From Gemmatimonadota bacterium (GTDB taxonomy: Bacteria; Gemmatimonadota; Gemmatimonadetes; Gemmatimonadales; Gemmatimonadaceae): a DNA stretch of 64,000 nucleotides. Numbering within the stretch: position 1 is the stretch's first letter; every line of letters starts with the position of its first letter. The notes under the pieces are model-generated. The model had not been told where the DNA came from. It searched no databases and saw nothing but the letters and a program-made list of their open reading frames with translations. Position numbers and translations under genes: made by a program. This document shows positions 10,335-21,044 of the stretch, in pieces. The stretch is taken from contig JAZJZK010000020.1 in NCBI GenBank assembly GCA_040389905.1, positions 1 through 64,000 on the forward strand, given 5' to 3'.

Positions 10335-10380
10335 CGCAAGGGGACTGTCCGATTCGGGCGCTCCGTGAAATCTTGTGCCG

Positions 10381-11004
10381 ATGACCAAACCGACATTCAC
10401 CGGCCGCTCGGCCGCATTGATCTTCGTGGGAATCGCGGCTGGGTTCGGGGCGCTCTACCTCCTCTTTATCGCGGCCTTTCCGTATTTCTACGCCGAGTCG
10501 GGGTCAGCGCGGTATGCGCGCGAGCATCGTGGTGAGGCGTTCGTCGAAGTCGTCGCCGCCGCAGCGCTACTCTGGCTCGCGTGGCAGTGCGTCCGCCGCG
10601 CCATGTTGCCGCGCACGCGTTGGACGGTCGTCGCCGTGCTGGCCGTGCTTTGGGGAGCGCAGGCACTCCGCGATTACACTCGCACACCGGAGCACGTGAA
10701 GCACGTTGGGGGACCGTGGTATGTCGTCGCCGTGCCGCAGCCACGGGAGATCGACACCATCTACTTCAGTGTCTATTACAAGCGGCCGCTGCACTTCACG
10801 CTCACCGAGTCGCTCGTGGGCGAATACAAGTTCGTGCCGCCGGACTGCCTGGTGTACCGTGGGCTGAAGGTGGTGGGCCGGCCGATCCTGGCGATGTGCG
10901 GCTATCGCGCACCGGTGGAGACGTACGATACGCTGAGTGCGGAGTCTGACCTTTTGCAGCGCGCCAGGACTCAGCCACGGTATAACGGTAGGAGCCCATT
11001 GTAG
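10381..11004 (+). CDS. Hypothetical membrane protein
   Basis: Three hydrophobic segments followed by a soluble domain; no family recognised. Confidence 0.6.
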   Translation: MTKPTFTGRSAALIFVGIAAGFGALYLLFIAAFPYFYAESGSARYAREHRGEAFVEVVAAAALLWLAWQCVRRAMLPRTRWTVVAVLAVLWGAQALRDYTRTPEHVKHVGGPWYVVAVPQPREIDTIYFSVYYKRPLHFTLTESLVGEYKFVPPDCLVYRGLKVVGRPILAMCGYRAPVETYDTLSAESDLLQRARTQPRYNGRSPL

Positions 11005-11273
11005 GCGAGCGTCGTGCCGAGTGACGGCGTCTGCCATGCCTGCGATGGGAAATGCGGATGTTGCGCCCATCTAGTTATCCGCTTCCATCCGCTCACTCCG
11101 CGTTCTCGTGCCGGCGGCTATGCGCTGGGACATGCGCGGCGGCCGCTCATGCCTGTCCTGGCTTCGTCTCTTACTGCAATCGCGTAAACGCCGTACTTTC
11201 GCGTTTGCCCCCAATGGTCTTTACCCTCCCCGTCGCGGCTGACCTGATACGCTCCCACCTTTTACGCCCTACC

Positions 11274-12359
11274 ATGCCTAGGACTCATCCACTAATCGCG
11301 CCACTCTCGCGTATGGCACTCGCAGTTGCCCTGTGCGCCACCGCGCCACTCGGCGCCCAGAGTGCGAAGACGATTGTCAGCGGCGCCGAGTCGACGCTCG
11401 TGACCGGCAAGCAACGGATTGCGGCTGGGAAGGCGCCACAGCACGGCGTCGCGCGCGTGGACTCCGCGGGGACGCCGGCCGCACGGACCTTCAGCTTGCT
11501 CTACAAGGCGAGCGACGTCACCGCCCGAGTCGCCGACACGGTGGAGTACACGCTCGAGGGTGGGGCAGCCCAGAAGCTCGCCGTTACCGTTGAACCAAAG
11601 GCGGCAGGCGTGAACGCGTCAGCGCCCGGCGGTTCGCAGGCAACAGCGCCTACCGCCCCGAAGGGCCTGGACCAGGACACGTACAGCGAAGGGTTCAAGA
11701 CGCTCTTCCTTATGTTCGTCCTGGCTGCCGTCCTGGAGTCTGCCCTCGCCAGCATCTTCAACTGGCGACCATTCATCGACTTGTTCAACGCCCGTGCGGT
11801 CCGTCCACTCGTTTCGTTCATCGTGGCGCTCATCGTGGTCAATACGTTTGACCTCGATCTCATTACGCGGCTCGTTAACGCCTCGACCAAGGCCGCCACT
11901 CAGTCCGGTGCGTCCGGTCTGATCCTGACCGCGCTCGTGTTGGCGGGCGGCAGCTCCGGCGTGAATTCCCTCCTCGTTACGCTCGGCTACCGGGAGAAGA
12001 AGACGCCTGAAACGGCGACGCCCAAGCCGCCGCCAACCAAAGCATGGATTGCCGTTCGCGTCACGCGGCAGCGTGCCGTTGCGTCGAAGCCCGTTCTCGT
12101 GCACATCGGAGCGGTGGTGGCGCCTGCCACGCTTCCCCCGTTAGCAGGGACCATCACGGGAACGTCGAAGAAGGAGCGTTACTACTTCGTGAGCGATCGC
12201 GGCCGATTCCCGACGTACGGCGGACACGAGGTGCCGGCAGGTTCCGTAGTCTATGTCGCCGTGGTGGGCGTTGATGCCTCCGGTGCCGCCGTGACGGAGT
12301 CGACGGGCCCATACACCGTCGCGGGGGGCGCAATCATCGACCTGAGCTTCGAGCTGTGA
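11274..12359 (+). CDS. Hypothetical signal-peptide-bearing membrane protein
   Basis: Signal peptide, small beta domain, three TM segments (LVLAGGSSGVN) and a C-terminal beta domain. Confidence 0.65.
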   Translation: MPRTHPLIAPLSRMALAVALCATAPLGAQSAKTIVSGAESTLVTGKQRIAAGKAPQHGVARVDSAGTPAARTFSLLYKASDVTARVADTVEYTLEGGAAQKLAVTVEPKAAGVNASAPGGSQATAPTAPKGLDQDTYSEGFKTLFLMFVLAAVLESALASIFNWRPFIDLFNARAVRPLVSFIVALIVVNTFDLDLITRLVNASTKAATQSGASGLILTALVLAGGSSGVNSLLVTLGYREKKTPETATPKPPPTKAWIAVRVTRQRAVASKPVLVHIGAVVAPATLPPLAGTITGTSKKERYYFVSDRGRFPTYGGHEVPAGSVVYVAVVGVDASGAAVTESTGPYTVAGGAIIDLSFEL

Positions 12360-12414
12360 CGTCACGGTGAAGGCTGGGCCAGAACACGCGCGCGCCTTTC
12401 CGCGTTGAGCGGGT

Positions 12415-12555
12415 AAGGGCTCGTTCTCGACGCTTGTTCTCGAGCTCTCCCTCAACCATCTGGCTCCAGCTCAAGCTCTGATACGCTCATTGCTCGCAGC
12501 TCACGCTCACGCTCAGGCTCCAGCTCATAGCTCCACAACCAAGCTCCGGCTCACT
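12415..12555. repeat. Low-complexity GCTC-hexamer repeat tract
   Basis: Runs such as GCTCAC, GCTCAG, GCTCCA; related to the tract at 47581-47755. Confidence 0.6.
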
Positions 12556-12566
12556 TCCAGTTCCCA

Positions 12567-12891
12567 ATGCCTGTTCGAATCGATCACCTGGTCGTCCTAT
12601 GCTGGAGAACCGCTCCTTCGACCACATGTCAGCTTCCTCACGCCGCTCGACCCGCGCATCGATGGACTGTCGGGCAATGAGAGCAATCCTGCGTCAGTCG
12701 GACGCCCGATCACAGTAAACGACAAGGCCAGCGGTTTTGATAACCTCGGCGGCGATCCCGGCCACGATTTCCTCGACGTCAACTTTCAGGTCTTCGGCAC
12801 CAACACCTCGGCGGCCGGTGCGGACGCGACGATGGACGGTTTCGTCCAGAGGTATGAGGAGCACGCCGGCAAAAGAGGGGTCCGGCCATAA
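12567..12891 (+). pseudogene. Phosphoesterase / phospholipase C family 5' fragment
   Basis: Across frameshifts reads MPVRIDHLVV(L)-MLENRSFDHM-..IDGLSGNESNP..DPGHDFLDVNFQVFG..MDGFVQ; ends prematurely at 12891. Confidence 0.75.
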
Positions 12892-13100
12892 ATCGCCGCC
12901 ATTGTGGTTTTTAGCATCCCTGCGCAAACTTTGGCTTCGGTGGTCGCGTCGCGGCACGATGCTGCTGCGCACACCTCCGCCGGGCACGCGCATTTGCTCT
13001 CAGTCCTTTGGCGATGACGCCCAAATGACGGATCGAAGTAGCGTCAAGTAGGGTCACGTGCGACGCGGCACGTTCGGAACGGTATTCTCGACACCGGACT

Positions 13101-16100
13101 ATGACTGACGTCGAGCTATCAATCGTTGGGGACTGCACGATCTGCCTCGGTGAGACTCGCGTCACGCCGGGTGCTTCGCACCTTTTTGCGCTTCTCCTGC
13201 TCCTGACCGCTGAAGGTGATCGCCGATTCTCTCGACGAGAGATTCAGGAGTTGCTGTTCAGCGACGACGTCGGTGATGGTCACGCCCTCCACAGTCTTCG
13301 TCAGCTATTTTACCGGCTCCGCAGACTTGGTGTCGCCCTCGAAGAGACTGCGGCCGGCATTTGCGTCAGTCAGCGAGATGTGTCCAATGCGATCCTCGGG
13401 CTACAGGCGATGAGTTCGGAGGATCGGGCGAGGCTTTCCTTGCAATCCGTTTCGGTGCTGCCTGGATACGCACCGCGATTGCCAAGCTGTTTCCTTGATT
13501 GGCTGGACACGTTCAGGCATTCGGTAGGCATGCGCGTCCGGCACTTGCTTCGCTCCGATCTCCGTGAACTTCGGTCAGCGCATTCGTGGAATGCAGTAGT
13601 GGCGCTGTCGGGAACGTTGGAGCGCCTCGATCCTGATGCGACTGATGTCGTGCTTCAGCGCGCGGAGGCGCTCGCGATGCTGGGCAGGCGGTCCGACGCG
13701 ATAGACGTCTTGGACCTCATCGTTCGCGAGCGAGCCGATCTTCCGACATCCGCCCGCGACGAAGTCAGCCGGCTCAGATCGCGGGTTGCCAAGAGCGGCG
13801 ACGCTCCGCGCGACGGCACATTGCGCGGCAGGGACGACTGCGTGGCCTTCCTGCGGCAGGAGTGGGAGAGCGCTGCATCGGGCGGCGCGAGGCTTTGTAC
13901 ATTGATTGGCGCCTCCGGAATTGGCAAGACACGGGTCGCGGCGGAATTCGCTAGTGCAGTTGCGCTAGGGCCTGCGAGAGTGATCCTTTATCGCTGTGAT
14001 GCGCAAACGCGTTCGCAACCACTCGCTCTGTTCTCCCAAATCCTTCCACAGCTAAGGCGCTTACGTGGTCTGCTGGGTACAGCGCCGCGACACTTGGAGG
14101 TGCTCGAGCGTCTCCAACCATCGTTGCCGGCGGAGAACTCCCATGCCCCCGAAGGTCGGTCATTCGAGCACCTGCGAGTAGAAATACAGGGCGCACTAGT
14201 CGACTTGCTTGAGGCCGTCTCATCGGAACAGCGCCTCCTTGTCGTCGTCGACGATGCTCACCTCCTAGACGATGTCTCTGCCGCTGTGCTTCGGCACCTT
14301 GGTAGCTCCGTGAACACCGCGGATCTGCTGATCATTGCCTGCTGTCGCCCTGGTGAGGCGTCCCACGCAATCGTGCAACGTGCCGCTCGGGCCTCCTCCT
14401 TCTTCCTTGCGCCGCTCGACAACGCCGCTGCCTCGCTCGTCGTCACCGATATTCTGGGCGCGTCGCCTTATGGGGGTGAGCATGTCGATTGGTGCGTCGC
14501 TCAATCCGCGGGCAGTCCATTCTATCTGCGAGCGTTGGCGCTGAGCCTGTCGTCAGGTGGCTTCCCGGCACGGAGTTTTGATGTGAGTTCGCTCGCCTCC
14601 GGTTCGTACTTCGGGCTCGCGTCCGACGCGCGAATGGTTCTTGAGACCTGCCTTCTCCTAGGGCGTTTTGCGACGTTGCGACGCGTCGCCGCCACGACGG
14701 AGCTTCCGGAGATTGCCCTGCTTCACGCGCTTCGCCGCTTAAGCGATGACGATCTGGTGCACCACGTCGATGGGTTGCTTCAGGGACCTCACGCAATCCT
14801 CGCAGACGCTATTCGCTCGCTTGTGCCCGCGTCCGTCGCCTGCGTTCTCAAGGCACGCATTGGACGGCTACTCGCTGCCGAGTGTGCCACCGACGACTAT
14901 TCAGTGGCGCTCGCGATCTTCGCCGCGGAGAATTTGGTCGGCGGCGACGATCCAGTCGGAGCCGTTGGGCTACTCATTAGATGCGCGAGTGACGTCGCAG
15001 GCATGGGTGAGCCCGCGGCTGCTGCGAGTCTACTCCGAGGTATCGCTGCCGAAACGCTCCCGGCGGCAAGCCGCGTCGAACTGTTGGACGCGCTCGTGAC
15101 ATTCGCCGAGGCTGGCGGCGCCCGGCAAATTGCGCTCGACGCACTTCGTGAGCGACTCGGTCTTGGTCAACTAATGCAGCAACCCGCAGCCGTTATTCGA
15201 CAGCTCGAATACCGCATCGTCGATGCTGAACTCCTGAATGGTGGGTCGCTACAGTCTGCCAAGGATCCCCTTCTGCGCATACTCACCGATCCGGTCACCT
15301 CGTATGAGACGTCGATTCAGGCACTGGTTTCGCTTCTCATCATCGCGGATGCCGAGTACGATTCCGCGTTGGCAGATATGCTCGTGGCGTGGGTAGAAGT
15401 TCACGCCACGCGCGGTCAGAGCGATCCTGAGACGATGCGAGCGCTCCTCGTCTATCATTCCACATTTGGCAATGTCCGACGCGCCTACGAACTGACGACG
15501 GCATTGCTCAGCCAGTATCCGACACCATCTGCAATGGCGGGTTGTCGCCGCGCGCGACGTTTCGCAGCGTACTCCCTGTACAGACTGCAAGATGTCGGGC
15601 AATCTCGTCGGATCCTCGAAGAGGAATTTGCTTTCGCGCACGGCCACGGGATTCTCAGTGAGGCGATGTACTGCGCGTCATTGCTAACTGAGCTGGCGAT
15701 CGTGGAAGGCGACTTTGCACTCGCGGAGGAGTGGTTCGCGCGAACGGGGCTTCTGTTGCATGAGGCACCCGCGCAGAAACTTGCGCCGAACGCAGGCTAT
15801 TGCTCGAGCGCGGCCGTACTGTGCATGATGCGCGGTGCTTACGCCGATGCTGAAGGATATGTTGCCTCGGCAGAACGCGAGGATATGCGGACGCGTTCGG
15901 CGAGGTACGAGGCAGTGTGTGCGGTACTGAAGATTCGTCTTGCATTGGTGCAGGGGCAGCTTGCCGCGGTGCGCCCGGACATTGAGCGTCTCAGAGTCCT
16001 GTTTTCGCGCGGTCGACAGCTTGGGGGGCAAGACCGCGTATCCGCCGTTCTGTGGTGTGTGGATGTGATGGATGGGAAAGCCGACGAGGCCTCGCGCCTT

Positions 16101-16238
16101 CTCCAGCAATACTTGAGCCGAGAGAGACGCGAGCCAGGCCCTCCAGACTGGTTTCTCACGCACACTACATCTGCCGATGAAGCGTGGCTGTTCCAGGACC
16201 GCGTGATGGCACGTGCATACCAGCGCCCACTCACGTGA
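13101..16238 (+). CDS. STAND-type regulator (SARP/BTAD-like N-terminus, AAA_16 ATPase, TPR-like C-terminus), paralog 1
   Basis: HSLRQLFYRLRRLG; LRGRDD; Walker A GASGIGKT; Walker B VVVDDAH; AGSPFYL; helical C-terminus. Confidence 0.8.
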   Translation: MTDVELSIVGDCTICLGETRVTPGASHLFALLLLLTAEGDRRFSRREIQELLFSDDVGDGHALHSLRQLFYRLRRLGVALEETAAGICVSQRDVSNAILGLQAMSSEDRARLSLQSVSVLPGYAPRLPSCFLDWLDTFRHSVGMRVRHLLRSDLRELRSAHSWNAVVALSGTLERLDPDATDVVLQRAEALAMLGRRSDAIDVLDLIVRERADLPTSARDEVSRLRSRVAKSGDAPRDGTLRGRDDCVAFLRQEWESAASGGARLCTLIGASGIGKTRVAAEFASAVALGPARVILYRCDAQTRSQPLALFSQILPQLRRLRGLLGTAPRHLEVLERLQPSLPAENSHAPEGRSFEHLRVEIQGALVDLLEAVSSEQRLLVVVDDAHLLDDVSAAVLRHLGSSVNTADLLIIACCRPGEASHAIVQRAARASSFFLAPLDNAAASLVVTDILGASPYGGEHVDWCVAQSAGSPFYLRALALSLSSGGFPARSFDVSSLASGSYFGLASDARMVLETCLLLGRFATLRRVAATTELPEIALLHALRRLSDDDLVHHVDGLLQGPHAILADAIRSLVPASVACVLKARIGRLLAAECATDDYSVALAIFAAENLVGGDDPVGAVGLLIRCASDVAGMGEPAAAASLLRGIAAETLPAASRVELLDALVTFAEAGGARQIALDALRERLGLGQLMQQPAAVIRQLEYRIVDAELLNGGSLQSAKDPLLRILTDPVTSYETSIQALVSLLIIADAEYDSALADMLVAWVEVHATRGQSDPETMRALLVYHSTFGNVRRAYELTTALLSQYPTPSAMAGCRRARRFAAYSLYRLQDVGQSRRILEEEFAFAHGHGILSEAMYCASLLTELAIVEGDFALAEEWFARTGLLLHEAPAQKLAPNAGYCSSAAVLCMMRGAYADAEGYVASAEREDMRTRSARYEAVCAVLKIRLALVQGQLAAVRPDIERLRVLFSRGRQLGGQDRVSAVLWCVDVMDGKADEASRLLQQYLSRERREPGPPDWFLTHTTSADEAWLFQDRVMARAYQRPLT

Positions 16239-16380
16239 CGGTAGCTCGACAGAGTATTTATCGCCTCGCGAAACGCGACGTCCAGTCACGCGATCTGTTT
16301 GACGACCGGCCGACACCTTCCATCGGTGGGGGCCGGTTGATGGGCGCACGGGTGAGTGCCCGTGGCGATGCGTTCGAGCC

Positions 16381-19300
16381 ATGACTGACGTCGAGCTATC
16401 AATCATTGGCGATTGCACGATTGCCGTCGGTGGTACGTCCGTCACGCCGTCTGCCCCACACCTATTCGCGCTGCTCCTTGTACTGATTGCCGACGGGGAG
16501 CGCCAACGCAGCCGTCGCGAGGTCCGGGAGCTGCTGTTCAGTAGCGACGTCGATGACGCGAATGCATTGCACAGCGTCCGCCAATTGTTATACAAGCTGC
16601 GTCGGCTCGGCGTGGGCATCGAGGAGACTCCGGGCGGAATATGCGTCGTCGATCGCACCGGGTGCGATGCCCTCCGTGCCCTTCGGTGTCTGAGCGCCGA
16701 AGCCCGCGCCGGGCTGTCGGCGCACAACCTGGGCGTGTTGCCCGGCTACGCCCCCGCCCTCCCGAGTTGCTTCCTCGATTGGCTTGACACCTTTCGCGAT
16801 TCAGTTGGCGCGCGTGTGCGCGAGTTGCTTCGCGGCGATCTGCGGGATCTCCGCGCCGCGCATTCCTGGCATGCCGTGGCGGCGCTGGCCACCACGCTGG
16901 AGCGGCTCGACGGTGACGCCCCCCATTTCTGTCTGGTGCGCGCCGAAGCCCTTGCTCGTGTCGGCCAGCGACCGCGCGCGCTGGATGTCCTGGAGACCCT
17001 CCTGCGGGAGCGGTCCGATCTTGCCCCGGCGGTGCGCGACGAAGCGCTGCGACTCCGCGCCCGCATTTCCAAGACGGGCGATGTGCCGCGCGACAGCACG
17101 CTTCGAGGGCGGGACGAGTGTCTTGCGTTCCTCAAACGCGAGTGGGAGTGCTCGTCGAGTGGCGGGGCGCGCCTGTGTACCTTGCTCGGTGCGCCGGGCA
17201 TCGGCAAGACGCGCGTGGCTACCGAGTTCGCGACGAGCGTGGCGCTGGGCACGGGGCGGGTGATTCAGTATCGCTGCGACGTGCACACCCGGGCGCAGCC
17301 CCTGGCACTCTTTTCGGCCGTGCTCCCAGCGCTCCGGCAACTGCGCGGCAGTCTCGGGGTGTCGCCGAGGCATCTCGAGTTGCTGGATCGGCTCCAGTAT
17401 CCCTCGCACCCCGCGCATGCGGAGGCCGGCGACACGCTCGTCGACTACATGCGGGCGGAGTTTCAGCGGGCCCTCGTCGACTTGTTCGAAGCGGTGACGA
17501 GCGAACAGCACGTGCTGTTGGTGGTCGACGACGCGCAGTTCTTGGACGACTCGTCGTCTGTCGTGCTGACCCACCTGTGCAATTCCGTCAATAGCGCGGC
17601 CTTGCTGGTCGTGGCGTGCCGGCGTCCGGGCAATGCACCCGGTGCCGTTGCCGCGATCGGCGAACGTAGTGAGTGTCACGTCCTTACGCCACTAAATGCG
17701 GCGGATGCCCTGCTGGTAGTTCAGGAGCTCGACAGTCAGCGGCTGCACGACGAAGCAGAGCTCGCGCTGCGCGTGGCGCAGGCTGCCGGGAATCCCTTTT
17801 ACTTGCGAGCCGTGGCTCTGCACCAGGGCGAATCGGCGGTTGCCCCCGTCGACATACGTTCACTGGCGGTCGGCATTTATACGCAGCTGACACCGGACGC
17901 CAAGACGGTTCTTGAAGCGTGCTTGCTGCTGAAGAAGAACGCGACCATTTCTCGCGTCGGCATTGTTTCCGCAGTGAATGACGACGCGCTGCTGCAATGC
18001 TTCCGCCACCTTGAAGAAGCCGACTTGATTCGTATGTCGGGGCAATCGCTGGTTGGCCCGCACGACTTACTGCAGGAGGAACTCCTGCAGTTGATCCCGA
18101 CATCCGTGTGCGCGATGCTGCAACGGCGGATTGCCGCGACGCTGGAGAGCGACTGCATCGCGGAGCAATTCGCGCCGGAGCTGGCCTGGGCTGCCGCGCA
18201 GAGTTGGATGGCACTGGGCGATCATTCCGCTGCGACCGCGCTGGTGCTTCGGTGCGCGGAACACGCTGCGTCGCTGGGTGAGCCCGCCGCGGCTGTGGAC
18301 CTCTTGACTCGCGTTGACCGAACACAACTACCGCCATCTCAGCGGGCGGTGCTCTGCGAGGCACTTGCTGCGCATGCACAGCGTGGTGGCATTCCGGCAC
18401 TCGCTGCGAGCGTGCTTGGTGAGGCTCTTAACCTTGCGCGAGCTTCATTCATGTCAGCGACGCGCATTGCGCAGCTTGAAGTCGCAGCGATCGAAGCGAA
18501 CCTCCTCAACGGGGGCGACTCACAAACGGCACTCGCCTCGCTGCTGTCTATTGTAGACGATACGACCGCTCCCCCGCAGGTCAGGGTCCGTGCGGGACTG
18601 CGAATGATGGTTCTCGCTGACGTTGGACTAGACGTGCCGCTCGCCGAGCTTGCAAGAGAACGCATCGGCTCCATTCCGAACGTCGATGCCGATAATGCTG
18701 AGGTAAACAGGAACCGAGCAAGTCTCGTTTACCACACAACCTTCGGTGACCCGGAGCTTGCGAGGGCAATTGCAGTTGCGCTGCTGCAGAGGTACCCGGA
18801 ACCGGTTCTTTCTTGCGCGGGATCCGAAGCGCGACACTTTGTTGCCTTCGCGTTTTACCGTATGCGTGATTGCGCCAGCGCTATTCCCATTTGCGAGGCC
18901 GATTTCGACTTCTTCATGCAAAACGCAGTGCGGAATCAAGCATTGTATGTGGCCAGCCTGCGGACAGATATCGCAATTGAGGAGGGCGACTTTGAAGGCG
19001 CGGAGGCCTGGCTTGCCAGATCGCAAGCGGCTGCGCACGGGTCTGAGGCAGAACTCTTGTCGCCCGGGTCAGGCCATACAGCAAACGCGGGAATGCTTGC
19101 ACTGATTCGAGGTGAATACGCCGTCGCCGAAATACTTCTTCAGGAACCTCTCCGTCAACATTCCCTCGTTCGCTCGACACGGTTTCGCGCAATATATTTG
19201 GCTCTTTCGCTGCGAGTTCGATGCCGGCGCGGCGACGACGTATTGCCTAGCAAAGACGTTGAGGAGCTAGAGCGTCTGTACGAACTTGGTAGCCGACTTG

Positions 19301-19506
19301 GCGGGCAGGATGCCATAGTCGCAGTCCTTTGGTGCGCGAAAGTCTTGTGCGGCAAGGAGCAAGACGCAGCCGACCTGCTGCGCACTTATTTGTTGGACCG
19401 TCGAAGGGAACGCTACTGCGTGGACTGGTTCCTATCCCATACCACGATGGCTGACCCAACTTGGCAACTACCTGCCGTTACTACTCAAGCTCGATATGCT
19501 ATTTGA
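16381..19506 (+). CDS. STAND-type regulator, paralog 2
   Basis: Same architecture: GAPGIGKT, LVVDDAQ, AGNPFYL; colinear with paralog 1. Confidence 0.8.
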   Translation: MTDVELSIIGDCTIAVGGTSVTPSAPHLFALLLVLIADGERQRSRREVRELLFSSDVDDANALHSVRQLLYKLRRLGVGIEETPGGICVVDRTGCDALRALRCLSAEARAGLSAHNLGVLPGYAPALPSCFLDWLDTFRDSVGARVRELLRGDLRDLRAAHSWHAVAALATTLERLDGDAPHFCLVRAEALARVGQRPRALDVLETLLRERSDLAPAVRDEALRLRARISKTGDVPRDSTLRGRDECLAFLKREWECSSSGGARLCTLLGAPGIGKTRVATEFATSVALGTGRVIQYRCDVHTRAQPLALFSAVLPALRQLRGSLGVSPRHLELLDRLQYPSHPAHAEAGDTLVDYMRAEFQRALVDLFEAVTSEQHVLLVVDDAQFLDDSSSVVLTHLCNSVNSAALLVVACRRPGNAPGAVAAIGERSECHVLTPLNAADALLVVQELDSQRLHDEAELALRVAQAAGNPFYLRAVALHQGESAVAPVDIRSLAVGIYTQLTPDAKTVLEACLLLKKNATISRVGIVSAVNDDALLQCFRHLEEADLIRMSGQSLVGPHDLLQEELLQLIPTSVCAMLQRRIAATLESDCIAEQFAPELAWAAAQSWMALGDHSAATALVLRCAEHAASLGEPAAAVDLLTRVDRTQLPPSQRAVLCEALAAHAQRGGIPALAASVLGEALNLARASFMSATRIAQLEVAAIEANLLNGGDSQTALASLLSIVDDTTAPPQVRVRAGLRMMVLADVGLDVPLAELARERIGSIPNVDADNAEVNRNRASLVYHTTFGDPELARAIAVALLQRYPEPVLSCAGSEARHFVAFAFYRMRDCASAIPICEADFDFFMQNAVRNQALYVASLRTDIAIEEGDFEGAEAWLARSQAAAHGSEAELLSPGSGHTANAGMLALIRGEYAVAEILLQEPLRQHSLVRSTRFRAIYLALSLRVRCRRGDDVLPSKDVEELERLYELGSRLGGQDAIVAVLWCAKVLCGKEQDAADLLRTYLLDRRRERYCVDWFLSHTTMADPTWQLPAVTTQARYAI

Positions 19507-19598
19507 ACGCACTGCTTCGCCATGTCGCCTGCTTGATTCAAATCAAAGTCAGAAAAGGTGAGCCTTCCCTCGGCAAGCCCAGATCTCGCTTACGTACC

Positions 19599-20918
19599 TT
19601 ACTCGGCCCCTGACATAAGTCTAAGCAAATTACTCTTCGGATGGCCGCGGTTAGCTGGGGGAAATAGTGATCCCCATAGATTGCTCGCAAGCAGCCGGTC
19701 GGTAATCGCTGGATCGAATTGCCGGCCTCTGCATCGGAGTAACTCTGCACGAACGTCGTCTTCACCCAGTGGGCCACGATATGGACGTTTCGTTGTCATG
19801 GCATCTACGGTATCCGCGAACATTATGACGCGCGACGCAAGTGGAATCGCTTCGCCCTGAAGACCGTCGGGGTATCCGCTACCGTCCCAATTCTCATGGT
19901 GGTGTCTCACCGCCGGCACCATTTCCCGGAGAGTCGTCATCGTTGCGACAAGGTTTGCTCCGTCGGTCGGATGCTCCTTGATAATTCCCCATTCGTCCGG
20001 CGTGAGTCGTTCTTCTTTCGCTAGAATGGGAGCATATTTGTCAAAAATCTTTCCGACGTCATGGAGCAGAGCCGCCGTTCCAATCTTCTCGACCTCTCCT
20101 GAGGACAAATTCAGGAGCCTGGCAATACTCATTGCATATTCTTTCACGCGCCGGGAGTGTCCGGAGGTATAGGGATCGCGTGCTTCGATCGACTTCACCA
20201 TCAACTCGAGCAGTTCACGATTGGTCTGCGCGAGTTCCAGATTAGTTGTGTTCAGTTGGCGCAGACCTAGGATAGGAAGCCAGAGAACCGCGGCAAACAT
20301 CGGCCCATACTTTGAATAGACCCACGCGAAGGCAAACACAAGCGGTAGTGCGAGTATGTCGAGCCCTACCGTACTCGCATTATTATCGCGCCACACCTGC
20401 AGTGTTCTGCCGCCCGTGCTCAATGCAATCACGTGGCTTACGAGAAGCGTGTTAGAGACGAACACGAGGCCATACGAGGCAGTTACCGCGAGGCCAATTT
20501 TGACTGTTACGGCAAATACCGCGAGATCGCGGAGGTCGAACAAGCTCTCTCCGCCGAGAACGCGATAGACTATGATCGCGCCTGAATAGCTGAGAACTAA
20601 CTGGGAGCAGTTAAAGATTATTTTCCGCGCGCCGCGCTTTTTCGCAATTTCTGAAAGGGAATTTGCACCGCCAACGGCTACCAGTGCCGCAAAATTTGGC
20701 ACCAGCATTACAGCGGCCATATACGGGATAAACGAAATCGAACCCGTCGCGCCGCGCGGCAAAAGAAAGCCCAATAGCTCAGCTGTGAGCGCGAGAACCG
20801 CGAGTGTTCCAACGGTACCTATGCTATAGTCGCCGCTCGGTGGGGCCACGACGAAGAGCAACGCAGCCGATGCGATTGCAAGGATACTTGTTAACGATAT
20901 GAACGTCTTCGTCGTCAT
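19599..20918 (-). CDS. Membrane-bound HD-GYP cyclic-dinucleotide phosphodiesterase
   Basis: Multiple N-terminal TM helices; EARDPYTSGHSRRV, LLHDVGKI, HHENWDGSGYPDGLQGEAIPL, DAMTTKRPYR. Confidence 0.9.
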   Translation of the reverse strand: MTTKTFISLTSILAIASAALLFVVAPPSGDYSIGTVGTLAVLALTAELLGFLLPRGATGSISFIPYMAAVMLVPNFAALVAVGGANSLSEIAKKRGARKIIFNCSQLVLSYSGAIIVYRVLGGESLFDLRDLAVFAVTVKIGLAVTASYGLVFVSNTLLVSHVIALSTGGRTLQVWRDNNASTVGLDILALPLVFAFAWVYSKYGPMFAAVLWLPILGLRQLNTTNLELAQTNRELLELMVKSIEARDPYTSGHSRRVKEYAMSIARLLNLSSGEVEKIGTAALLHDVGKIFDKYAPILAKEERLTPDEWGIIKEHPTDGANLVATMTTLREMVPAVRHHHENWDGSGYPDGLQGEAIPLASRVIMFADTVDAMTTKRPYRGPLGEDDVRAELLRCRGRQFDPAITDRLLASNLWGSLFPPANRGHPKSNLLRLMSGAE

Positions 20919-20965
20919 GACATGAGAGAAGGTTTGACCGCCCCTTTTGTTGCTTGCTCGTTCGA

Positions 20966-21025
20966 CTACGCCCAATTATTGGTACCTGCAAAACAGAACG
21001 AGAAAAACGACAATAGGAATGACAT
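20966..21025 (-). CDS. Small hydrophobic peptide MSFLLSFFSFCFAGTNNWA (19 aa; absent from ORF track)
   Basis: ATG at 21025, TAG at 20968-20966; AAGGAGGAGGTGA SD ending 6 nt upstream of the ATG. Confidence 0.7.
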   Translation of the reverse strand: MSFLLSFFSFCFAGTNNWA

Positions 21026-21031
21026 TTCGCG

Positions 21032-21044
21032 TCACCTCCTCCTT
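21032..21044 (-). promoter_or_regulatory. Strong Shine-Dalgarno for the small ORF
   Basis: Minus strand AAGGAGGAGGTGA contains the full anti-SD complement AGGAGGTGA. Confidence 0.75.

Noticed and set aside
12694..12993. Divergent small ORF upstream of the STAND regulators as a cognate peptide or target gene
   Set aside because: Weak RBS, no recognisable features, and it runs antisense into the phospholipase relic.
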